This document shows, in pieces, positions 38,065 through 49,412 of a DNA stretch of 64,000 bases (positions within the stretch are counted from its first letter, which is position 1; every line of letters starts with the position of its first letter). The notes under the pieces were generated by a model. The model was not told the origin of the DNA. It saw only the letters and a list, made by a program, of their open reading frames with translations, and ran no database searches. The translations under genes were made by a program, and so were the position numbers. This DNA comes from Narcine bancroftii (Eukaryota), in contig NC_091470.1 in assembly GCF_036971445.1 (NCBI RefSeq), positions 51,584,001 through 51,648,000 of the forward strand, given 5' to 3'.

Positions 38065-38782
38065 TAGAAGACCATAAGACATAGAAGCAGAAATAGTTTA
38101 TTTAGCTCATCATGTCTGCCCTGCCATTCAATCATGAGCTGATCCATTTTCTCACTCAGCCCCACTGCCTAGCCTTCTCCCCATAACCTTTGATGCCCAG
38201 TCTTAAATATACCCAATGATCTGGCCTCCACAACCGCCTTTGGCAACAAATTCCATAGATTTACCACCCTCTGGCTGAAGAAATTCCTACAGATTTCAGT
38301 TCTAAGTGGATTCTGAGGTTGTGCCCTCTAGCCCGCGGCTCTCCCACCATGGAAAACAATATTTCAACATCCAAAATGTTTCAATGTTCCCTCCTCGTTC
38401 TCCTAAATTCCAATGAATACGAGCCAAAAGCTATTAAGCACTCCTCATATGATAACCCTTTCATTCCCAGAATCATTCTCGTGAACTCCTTTGAACCCTC
38501 TCCAGATTATTTCTCAAATGAGGAGCCAAAACTGTTCACAATACTCTAAATGAGGTCTCACCAGTGCATTATAAGTCTCAACATCACATCCCTTCTCTTA
38601 TATTCTATTCCTCTTGAAATGATTGCCTTCTTCACCACTGCCTCAACATGCACATTTATCTTCAGGCTATCCTGCATGAGGACTCCCAGATCCCTTTGCG
38701 TCTGGGTATTTTCAATTTTCTCCCCATTTAAAAAATAGTCTGCCCATTTATTTTTTCTACCAAAATGCTTGACTGTACACTT
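38065..38782 (-). mobile_element. CR1 LINE 3' fragment
   Basis: Homologous to 20840-21550, with a catagaa-type tail at ~38075. Confidence 0.8.
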
Positions 38783-39010
38783 TCTTTTTTTTTTAAACTT
38801 TATTTATTTAAAGAATCATTAATAGTAATACAAAGTACATTCCATAAAGAAAATTTTATGAATATACATAAAAAAAGACAACTAAAAAAAATTAAAATCC
38901 CCACCCCCTTCCCACCCCATCAGCCAGCTCTCTTAAAAATATATAAACAGAAACTAAAAATATATAATAAATCAAAATATATCTAAATGCATATATTCCA
39001 AATATATTCA
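38783..39010 (-). mobile_element. L1-like 3' end
   Basis: Poly-T then tttatttattt and a C-rich tract, the inverse of an L1 3' UTR with poly(A). Confidence 0.5.
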
Positions 39011-39163
39011 CAAAATGATTGCTTTATTTATCTATATAGCAATAACCTAATTTCAGTAAAATTATGTGGTATTGCAAGATGTTGAAGTGGTCTTAGAATG
39101 TGATGAAGTGTTATGCGAATTCAGATTTCTGGAGTTTTAGCATTTATGCTAAGCTATTGGCTC

Positions 39164-39871
39164 TGTTACAACCCCAAAGGACTCAAAACCAGCAGCATCA
39201 GAAATTCACCAAGACAATGGCTACTTAAACAAAATTTCTTTTATTTTCTTAATACAGAATAATAAGATCAATGTTTAACTTAGCACGCACATGCGTGTAT
39301 GTTGGGCAAGATGGTTCTTTTTTCACTATCCAGTCATTTATTTTTCACTTCTCCAAGTTTACTGGTATCAGGCAATTTTCAGTGCTGTGCACAGAATTAA
39401 ACAGTCATTACATTCAACAGGCTCTGGTGCCTTAAATTAAGTTGTTACCAAACAGAAAGGTCTTTGGTGGGTGTAGAGAGATCTTCACTGTTCGTTGGAC
39501 ACACAAACTGATTTCCTTCAATCAGCAACCGAAGTGTCTTTCCGAAGAAACGTGCTTTTTTCCAGGTAACTGCAAACAGTTCTTTTTTCCCCCTATTTCA
39601 GGAGAAACACTTCAACCAGCCACAGCAGAGATTTTGATCAGTCCTTCTTGAAAAAGGGTCTTTAGCAGGCTTTTCACTCTGCAGTCTTGCCACTCTGCAG
39701 CCTTGCACTGACTGCAACAGCTTTTTATCTCCCCCCACCCCCATTTTTTGTTTCAGTTTCAATTCCTGTCTCTGTTTCTATAATGTGATGTTTACTTGTG
39801 AAAACTAACCTAAACTGCTAAATCTTATTTCCCCTTTTTAAACATATATTTTATTAACTTATCCCGTTACG
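39164..39871 (-). mobile_element. Probable solo LTR
   Basis: Begins tgttaca and ends cgttacg (TG...CA-like termini), ~700 bp, with AATAAA on the - strand at ~39240. No TSD found. Confidence 0.4.
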
Positions 39872-40026
39872 ACTGGTTCCAGTATATACACGAATCTGCA
39901 AAGTCTTCCAAGAGCTGTAAAACTTAACAGTTTAAAGAATGCCTGAAATTAACTTTATTAGTTTGTTAGTTAACCACAGATATTTGAAGGTAAAGGAGAA
40001 CATCTACAATGAAGTTAAGTATTAAT

Positions 40027-40240
40027 TGGCATAGTGGGTAGCACACACCTTTACAGCACAAGCAATTGGGTTCGAATGCTGTGCTGTCTGAAGGAGTTTG
40101 TATGTTCTTCCCCTAGCTGCATGGGTTTTCCCCAGGGGCTCCAGTTTACTCCTACCATTCAAAACGTACTGGGGGTGAAGCTTAATTGGATGTAAATTGG
40201 TCGGCACAGACCCATGGGTCCTTGCTGTATGTCTTTAAAA
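40027..40240 (+). mobile_element. tRNA-derived SINE
   Basis: A box tggcatagtgg (40027), B box gggttcgaatgc (~40068) and an A-rich tail. Confidence 0.78.
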
Positions 40241-43200
40241 AAAGGCCATTTAATGTACTTTGAATGTCCTTTCGTATGTCTTGGTACACTTGTGGCTTCA
40301 AGTGAGATTTGAAGACAAAACATTATGAGGCAATTAAAAGTCATACCCATATATTTTCCATCTCCATTTTCTAAAGTAGAACTTAATTATTTAATGCTAA
40401 ACTCAGTCATATTAAATTAAAGCTGTAGCTGTATTCAAAATGTGAAGTTCAGATATATGCTGATAATTTTTCCCTTACTACCTTGAACAAATGAAGTCAT
40501 TTTGGGCCTTTCATCATCTGTCTTATGTACTTAGGGTATCTGGAATATCAAAAGGGTTTTTTTGGGGAGATTAGATTATATTGATCCAGGAGCTCAAGCA
40601 GTATTACTGGGCGGAACAAAGCACAAAGAAATAAGCTTAATACCAAGACAGTGATGTTCACCTGAGAGGAAAGAACATTCATTTCTACAACGATTCTGAA
40701 CTTACAAAAGGAAGTGGCCAAATAAGTTAACTATTTAACTGTAATTGGCATCTTCATCCTTGCACTGAGATAAATCTGTGTTCCCTGATTCATTGCAGTG
40801 CCAAGGTGAATAACCTTTTTAACTAAACAGACCACTTGACTCATATATTGCTATCCTCAGTGCATTATTTTTTACTGCTTTGATATGACTATATCTCCTG
40901 TGGAATCACAGTGTGGTGTTGATTTTATCCGTATTAGGTTTGTGCTGCTTATATTTCTCATTTTGATCTGGTCTAATACACTTGCTACATTTTGATCCAC
41001 GCAGCCACAGGATTTGATTGTGTACCTACTGGATACAAAGTTTCTGAGATGGGTGGTCCCATCAATGTTGCAACAGAACACTGGCATAGCAATAATAAAT
41101 TGTGAGCTATTACAGAATAAAAACAAAAAAATGACCTTTTAAAATAACCTGCATAAATCATTGCTGCCAAGAAGCAAAACTTAATGACATTTATAATATA
41201 ATTTTTAAATACCCCATGGAGACAAATGCATAATTGAAAGTTTAATAATTTAAGCATTCAGGCCCCAAAAGATTTGTATTAATCTGCTAGTTTTAGTTAA
41301 TTAATTAGCTGCAAATCCACAGTAGAAGGCAACATTCCAAATGTGCCTCTTGGCCCGAAGTAACATGATGAACAAAATAAAGGCTTCCATGCAGTATCTT
41401 CTTACCAAACATATATTGATACCAGCTGTGCAATGCCAAATAAGAGAACAAATCACCAAATGTGAAAGAGCAGCAGCTTTTTTTTTGGAGTAAAACCAAG
41501 TGATTCATCCAATTACTTGAGCTACTGCCACCCTGGGATTATTATTCCGCTGAATTCCTGCTCTATTTTTGGGGTTTGGATCAACTAAGCTAAACTTGCA
41601 TCTCCCAAGTAAATATTTTTTAAAAAGAGCACCATGGTTCCTAACAGCACAAGAGAAGATAAGTTGAGAATATATGTGTAAGTATGTTAGGCAGACTGCT
41701 ACACCAGATAATTCCAACTGTGAAAGGGTCTGTATCAAGTTTGCAGCTTTATTTTTTGTAACGTTATAACATTAAATGTTCCTGGGAGATGGGATGCAAA
41801 AAAAATTGACTTTCCAAACATCGCATTCCTTATCTTGGGCCTACTTATTTCCCTTACCCACTGGCATTTACTACAATTAGCTTGGTATTTTTGCACAGGA
41901 CAGTGCTTCATACTAAGGATCATCTTCAATTACTCTTGGCAAGGGCCTCTTTCCTGGGAACTGCTTTCTTCTGCAAAACCTAACATTAAACCAGTTTGTA
42001 TTTGAACCATGCACACTGTAGTATTTTATGCCATGAGCAAATTTAGTAAATTATGAACACATCAGTTCAAATCACTAAAATCCCCTTCATTTTGAGCTGT
42101 GTAGAATTATAGCAAAATACTTGATACTATTAGTTTTGTGCTATTGAATATTTATCATGCTTCAATCCCCTCTGAAGGCAGTCTGCAAGTACTGTGTTCA
42201 TAATTTTTCATTGTTACAATGAATCTTCCTGAGAGTCACCTTCTTTGTGTCAGATTATTTCTTTTAATATATATACTTTTTAAATGTCCATAGAAAATAT
42301 TTATACAATATGTTGACTTAATTCATATATCATAAAAGGTCTGTTAGTTTCAGAAGTACAAAATAATAAATATTAAAACTGTGATCTCTCAGTCCTGTTT
42401 ACAGGGTAGTTGATGGAACAACCTCAACTATTTTTCTTTATTTAGATTTCGCGATTTGGGAAAAGTGCAGTTTGTTGTATGTTTGTTGTATTCAAAAACA
42501 ATTTTTCTAGAGGATTAAAGCTATGTGCTTTTAATTAAAATTCTTAGAAAAAGTAGGAACTAATTAATGATCACTCACTAGAAGACAAGCCATGCATTAA
42601 AAACAATCAGTCTTGGGTCATTCACCGTAGGTCTTTAGTTTGGCATCAATGAAGCCAAAGCTATTGTTTTTCTAATGCATCCAATTAGTGGCCATATGCT
42701 TTGACAGTTAGGAGATGTGAATATTCCACAATCTGCTAGGGACCAAGAGACATCAATAACTTCTGAATAATCATATAGGGCCTGGTCAATGGGTTAAGTG
42801 CTCCACTGACCACAGGGCACATCTTTAGGGATATCACTTTTTACCCTAATACCAGGAATCCAATCCCCACTGGAACCCCTCTTCACAGCACAAGCCACGG
42901 ATGGAATTTATACTCCAAGGGATAGTCCTTGGATACTTCAGATGTTTGATGTGAGGTTTGCGAAATCCACTTGCCATATGCTGCAAACGAAGTGCAGTGC
43001 AGCTTTCCAGACTGAATACATTTTCTTTTATAGAAGCAGCTGAGACAAAGAGCTTTCTTCTTCAATTAAGTTCTTCCTCACCCTGTTAAAAGTTAATGGT
43101 ATCAGTATTTTCAGGAAGCACACTTTTTTTTAAGCTGTGTGTGCTCACTATTTTATAATATTGTAAATCATGAATATTTATAGCAGTTCATGAACACATC

Positions 43201-43241
43201 CAAAAAGTAATTTAACAATATTTCAACATTGTCGTTTTTAG

Positions 43242-43360
43242 ATTTGGCAAGATCTCTGGAAGACTTGCTGGGCTCAAGGGTTCCGCCGCTGATTTTGGTG
43301 CCTGCAGCAGACTTGCCTGGTCTCGAAATTCTACATGTTTCTTGTTGGCTGACCAGCTAA
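43242..43360 (+). CDS. DPH6: Terminal coding exon of probable long-form DPH6
   Basis: Acceptor gtcgtttttag|AT completes the phase-1 codon G+AT (Asp) from 7561. It reads (D)LARSLEDLLGSRVPPLILVPAADLPGLEILHVSCWLTS* with TAA at 43358-43360, and is GC-richer than its flanks. Confidence 0.72.
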
Positions 43361-44830
43361 GGACAAAGGACAGGTTGGAGAATGATGACTAACCAGTTAC
43401 TGTAAATCCATTTCCTCCCTTTACAGAATCTCCACCTGTGTTTATAGTAGCAGTTCCAAGACACAAAATCACACTCCAAATCACACTGCGATTAACACCA
43501 CTGTCTAAATAATTAGAGAGGGCTTCGTGTTCATGGCCAAGTTTACAATTATATTTATTGGCAACTGATAAAAGCACAAAGAGGAAAAGTGTTTATTATA
43601 TGACTCTGCTATTGAATTTGATCTATAAAGTCAGCCAAGCAAAAATTAATTCGATTTTAGAATCTGTGCATAAACTAAGCTGGTTCTTGCTTTCTTTTAA
43701 AATTGGGATGGACAAAAATACTCGTTCTAATTTTCTAGCAATTATTCATTCTTTTCTCATTTTCATGTTAAGTCTTCCCAACTGCAACCACTCCCACATC
43801 CCAACTCTCAACAACCTTGCTCACTTTTCCTTATAATATGTTCACAGATAGTTGGAGTAAATTTTCCGAGATATTACACACCACATCATTATGAGTGTTC
43901 TTCATCTATGAGCCGTGACAGTATGTGCTTAACTCTGAAACCAGCTTCACCAATATTGCCAAGTAGCTGTGGGAAATGGAGATGCAAGCTCACTTTCCAT
44001 GATCCCAGCCAAGGTGAATTCCTTAGCCTCGTCCTGCGTCTGAACGTGACCCTGTCCTGCTACGTGGACACCTTCTAGCTACTGGATGATTTTTCTGAGT
44101 CATTTAAGATTCATGTCCGAAATGTAAAGCCCAGCACTGCATAAATTAAACATGGTTGCGCACAATGACCTTTGTTGTTTTTTTTCACTTAATTCAGTAA
44201 TTGTATAAAATAGAACAGTACCTACCGATCAAAGCTCAGTCTTGCTAGTGAGTCATTTATACCTGAAACTTGGAAGCGTTATGAAGTCCGCTTTAGAGTA
44301 GACCCTTTGCACTGTCATCGTGAACAAAGATTTGGTATTGCAGAAGTTATGACCCAACAATCCAAGGTTGTGTTCAGTTGAATGCAATAAGATGATATAT
44401 AAACATGAAAGCTATCTTGGCAAAAGCCAAACTAGTTAATTGATGTGTTTTGGAGAAGGAAATGTCTAACTAGTCTAACCTGTAAGTGATTCTGAACAAT
44501 TCTTATGTGATTTAAAATATAACATCAAAAATTCATTGAAAATGCTGCTCATCAGTGCTGACAACAAATTTAGAGCTTTTGAACTTTACTTATTGGTGGC
44601 ATATGCATTCTTTTCACACTTCCTTCCAGAGGTGAACAATTTATAAAAGCATATTTCCTTCGGCACTATGGTCAGTCTGGGTGATTAATACTTTCCATGG
44701 CACTTCCCTATTGCAGTATTGTTTTCACAGTTACAGGTAACCTGTTCAAATGTCCTCTTTTTTTAATTTTTCCCATGCTTACCATGGTAGAAGTATACAT
44801 TTAGTGATGTAAGTTTATTAATTAAAAGCA

Positions 44831-44836
44831 AATAAA
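44831..44836 (+). terminator. Candidate polyadenylation signal
   Basis: First canonical AATAAA I noticed after the stop at 43360. Others follow (e.g. 45281), so usage is unproven. Confidence 0.25.
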
Positions 44837-44857
44837 ATTGCAGATGCTGGAATCTGA

Positions 44858-44954
44858 AGCAAAAACAGAAATGCTGGAAGAACTCAGCTAACCAAACAGT
44901 GACTAGAAAGAGAAACCAGTTAAAGTGAGTTCTTCCAGCATTTCTGCTTTTGCT
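44858..44954. repeat. Penelope-terminus-derived inverted repeat
   Basis: 29-bp arms at 44858-44886 and 44926-44954 with one mismatch and a 39-nt spacer. Confidence 0.85.
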
Positions 44955-46924
44955 TGAGTTTATTAATTGTTAATTGGGGCTTGATGTCAGAAAACTATAG
45001 TCATTATTAATAGCATCATGTAAGATTTATTCATTTCTGTGAATTAGTACATTAGGAACACCTAATGTGACAAACTTTTTATCAAGCATTTTTACATAGC
45101 TAGATCATATTTAACGAAGCAGACTTAATGTTTATCCAGAATATTCACTCACTTTATAGTCAAATGCTCATACAGAATGCATAGAAATGTCCCCAAATGC
45201 CAGCATCAATACATCTTCAACAGTAAGAAAAAATGCAGGCTGATTAAATTATGAAGTACCTCAGCTCAGTTTAGCGATACAATAAATATACTACATCTAC
45301 TTCACATTGTTAACCATTTGTATATTGAGAATTATTTAACAGTTTGGTCATAACAAAAATAAATAGCATCATGATAGAGGGAATTTGAAAGCATCCAAGA
45401 AAGCAGAACATGCTTTAAAAATATTCTTCAGATTCAAAATAATGTTGGTATTATTCCCTTCAAACTGTTCCATGAAGGATAACTTGCAGAGTCAATAAAT
45501 TAGATCACATCCAAGAATGGACATAATCCCATTTTCACTCTTTACCAGTTGTTCTGTAAGCACAGCCAGATATAGAGGATCTATTTTTATTTCATCTTTT
45601 TGTTTAAATATCTTGTTACTTCCTGCAAGTATTACCAACCAGGAGAAGCAAAAATGAAAGATGTATCATAAATTAGATTCAATAGAAGGCATTGGTTCGG
45701 AATTTAAAGGGACGAGTCCTTTGCACAGTCGTATTGCCAATGTTTAGCATATTGTGGCACTGTTCATCTGCTCAAAAAGCATAAATAGGAAAACTGCATC
45801 ACATTAATTTCTGTTCATTTTTATGTGTCTCTCTAATCTTTTATGCTTCCAGCCTGTAGTCACCAAATAGACCCAAGATTTATACATAAGAATAATTACT
45901 TATTGCAAAGATTTTGAAAGCACTCTTATTGTAAACTGATCGTATTCTTTGTGTGAGGGCTCAATTTTCAAATGAACTTATTGGGATCCATAATAAGGAA
46001 GCATCTGAGACCTCAGACATTGCAAAGCGATTGAAAAAAGGTTGTGTACGATGTAACAGTGCTCACCTCATTTTAAGTATTATTTGATCATTCTGCACAT
46101 CTTATGGCACAATAACCCTGGATTAGACCTGACACAGCACAGAAAAAGTGGTGTGTTTTTTTCCCTGTGCTGCCAACTGTGGAGGACAACTGAAGTGGGC
46201 CATGGGCCATCTCCTGGGTAAGAGAGCAATGAGCTGAAGCAGTCATTCCATTTCAAGGACATCCTATTTTAATCTTGAGGTTTTTTTTTCATAAAATTAG
46301 CCTTTGAAGTGACCTTACCTTGCTGACAAAAGTTCTTCATTTCTTTCCAGGTAAATGTTTAATTCTTTTCACGATAAAAAAAATAAATAAGCTGCTGTGC
46401 TGAAAGTTGCCTACTGACCAAATTCTAAAAGTTATTCAGTATCTCTGATATGGCTTTTAACTGGATCATTGAGGGCAATTGGTTAAAAAGCTGTAGCTGA
46501 TTACATAGTTTGCTTTGAAATTAGTCAACTATAAGATAATGAACCTTGGCTCCTATAAATATACTCCTGCAAAAATAGTAAGGGTTTGATGTCTGAATAT
46601 ATGTGAGTAGAATGATTTTCTTTTGGTCTGGTGTTTTTAATTGCATTTGCTATATGATAGGAGAGCTATATATACTGGTAGAGAAAATTTATTTGACTTG
46701 GTTTAGGTTCTTTTGGCATGAAGGCTATGCAGGTATGTGCATTATGGAAAATATAAAGGTACACACCAAACAAGAAAGGAGCAACTTCTGTCTTATTGCC
46801 TACTGCAGACATAATTTAATTGTACTCTTATGTATTTGAGTAAAGTTCACATTTACAAACTGTGCATAGAGATGAGCTCCAAATCAGATTTTCGTAAGTG
46901 GGTTTAAAGATTAGGAAAATTAAA

Positions 46925-47875
46925 TTTCTTGATAGATTAGTGATGTGCCTCGAGGATCAGTGCTGGGACCATTGTTGTTTGTTGTCTATATCAATGATCT
47001 GGATGATAATGTGGTAAACTGGATCAGCAAGCTTGTGATGACATTACAATTGGAGGCTTTGTTGTCAATGAGGAAGGCTTTCAAAGCTTGCAGAGGAATT
47101 TAACCAACTGGAAAAATGGAACAGAAAATGGACAAGTGTGAGGTGTTGCATTTTGGAAGGACAAACCAAGGTAGGATATACACAGTCAATGGTAGGGCAC
47201 TGAGGAGTGCAGAGGAACAAAGGGATCTGGGAATACAGATACATAATTCCCTGAAAGTGGCATCACAGGTAGACAGGGTTGTAAAGTAAGTTTTTGGCAT
47301 CTCGGCCTACATAAAGCCAAGTATGGAGTACAGGATGTTATTGGGATGTTATGATGAGGTTGTTATATGACATTGGAGAGGCCAAATTTGGAGTTCTGTT
47401 CACAAACAGGAAGGATATAAGCAAGATTTGAAAGAGTGCAGAGAAGATTTACTAAGGAGTTGAGTTACAGGGAAAGATTACAAGTTAGGACTTTATTCCT
47501 TGGAGTGTGGAAGAATAAGGGGAGATTTGATAGTAGTTTACAAAAATTATGAGAGGTATGTACTGAATAAATGCTCGAAGGCTCTTTCCACTTAGATTAG
47601 GAGAGATAAATACAGGAGGACATGGCTTTAGCATGAAAGGGAAAAGGTTTAGAGGCAACATTAAAGGGAATTTCTTCACTCAGAGTGGTGGGAGTGTGGA
47701 ATAAGCTGCCATCTGGTGTGGTAAATGTGGGCTCACTCTTAAGTTTTAAAAATAAATTGGATAGATACATGGATGGGAGATGTCTGGAGGGTAATGGAAT
47801 GAGTGCATGTCAGTGGGACTAGGGGTATGATGTTTTGGCACAGAAGGGCTGAATGGCTTGTTTTCTGTGCTATAC
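46925..47875 (+). mobile_element. CR1 LINE RT 3' fragment
   Basis: VPRGSVLGPLLFVVYINDLDD, KCEVLHFGR, QRDLGIQIH and TGGHGF...GNFFTQ. Confidence 0.9.
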
Positions 47876-48499
47876 AGATTACAGATTTAATGATTCAAAT
47901 AAGATTGAAACCATTATGTCATATCTTCTTTATTTCTCTTGGAGATTTTTTTTAAAGTAGCCCCAACATGTTGGGAATGACTTGATGTTATGGAATTAGT
48001 CATTTGAATGTAAAAAAAATTGAGTAATGAGATGAACCAAGTTTTTGGAGATCGTACAGGAACATGGCACTGAGAAAAAAAATCCATTATCATCATAATA
48101 AACCATGAATGGTGGAGCAGGGAAATGATGCCAATTGGACCTGATTCCGTTTCTTACCTACTTGCATTAAGTTGTGTGTTGCAAAAAATAACATCATAGG
48201 GAACCAAGTGCAGAAAAAGCAGGAATCATTTTGATTCCCAGTTACTTGCACTTCAAAATTTATGTTGATTTATAGCATCACGCATTGTCTGACTTTTCAT
48301 ATTAAGTGTTCTAGAGACCATGCATTTGTATAGCATCTTTCTCAAACCTGGTTCATCCCAATGCACTTCAATGAAGTGCTCCTTGAGTGCAGCCTATGTT
48401 GTAATGTAGAACATGTCCAGCCAGTTTCCACAAATCAGGTTTACACAAAAATCAATGATATAAAAGATCAGACCATAAATTTTAGATGTTTGCTGAAGT

Positions 48500-48809
48500 G
48501 CGTCCAAGACATTTTTGCCGCCACTGAACGTTTTGGCGCTAACATTTGCGTGGATTTTATGCAGGGTGAGGGGAGTGTGAAGATGTCACCATGGGGAGAC
48601 AGGAGTTAGAATTATCCCTAACCCTAATTAAAATTATAATAAATTAATAATTTTATATTTTTTATATTTAATTAAAAATATAATAAATTAAATGCCATGT
48701 CCACCAATTCCAAAATATTCGGCGCCAAACTGTTGACACCAAAATGACCCAAGGGCTACAAAAGTCTTATTTTTTCACCAAACTGTTGACACTAAAATGT
48801 ATGATTCCG
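48500..48809. mobile_element. Non-autonomous DNA transposon with 9-bp TSD (Mutator-like)
   Basis: tgctgaagt directly repeated at 48491-48499 and 48810-48818. Subterminal inverted motifs ttttggcgc / gcgccaaa and acatttt / aaaatgt. Confidence 0.6.
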
Positions 48810-49049
48810 TGCTGAAGTATACATATTAGCCAGCAATGCTCCCTGATCTACTCTGAATAATATCATGGCCTGTGTATATAAACATAACAAGATGCCAAAT
48901 TAATATTTCATGAATAGCACAGCACTTTCCAATGATGCAATGGTTTCTGCAGTGCTGCCTTTCAGTATCACATGTATTTTGCACTCATGTTTTGAGTGCG
49001 ATCTGAACCACAATGCTTGAGATTAAAGTTGAAGGACCTACACAGGGAG

Positions 49050-49412
49050 GTGCTGGACATTGACTCATGGGAAACAGGTATCTGAACCGGGAATCGAGGA
49101 GGCACTGAGGACAAGAAGGGCTCCCAAAGGGCCCTGGGTGCTAAAGATTGTGTCCGATTTTTTTTGGATCTTCAGCTTGAGTTGCCAATGGTTTGAACTG
49201 AAGTCAGTGCGGCTGCGAGGGTGCTGAAGGTGAATCCACGGCCACTCAATAACTCTGAAGGGTCTCTCTTTTGCTTCGGTTTCTCTTATTGTTAGGGGCA
49301 CCAAGCAATACTCATGGCAACTCTTTATTTGCCTTATGCACACTAAAGTTGAAGTGTTTCATGTATATTACATTTTAATGTATTATTACCTGACAATTAA
49401 AGGAACCTTTGA
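49050..49412 (+). mobile_element. Unclassified retroelement-like 3' fragment
   Basis: GC-richer block ending in tgacaattaaaggaacctttgaa, similar to Rex1-type tails. Confidence 0.4.

Noticed and set aside
40027-40100. tRNA gene (also 35270-35348)
   Set aside because: A and B boxes are present, but I see no cloverleaf and the sequence continues into a SINE body.
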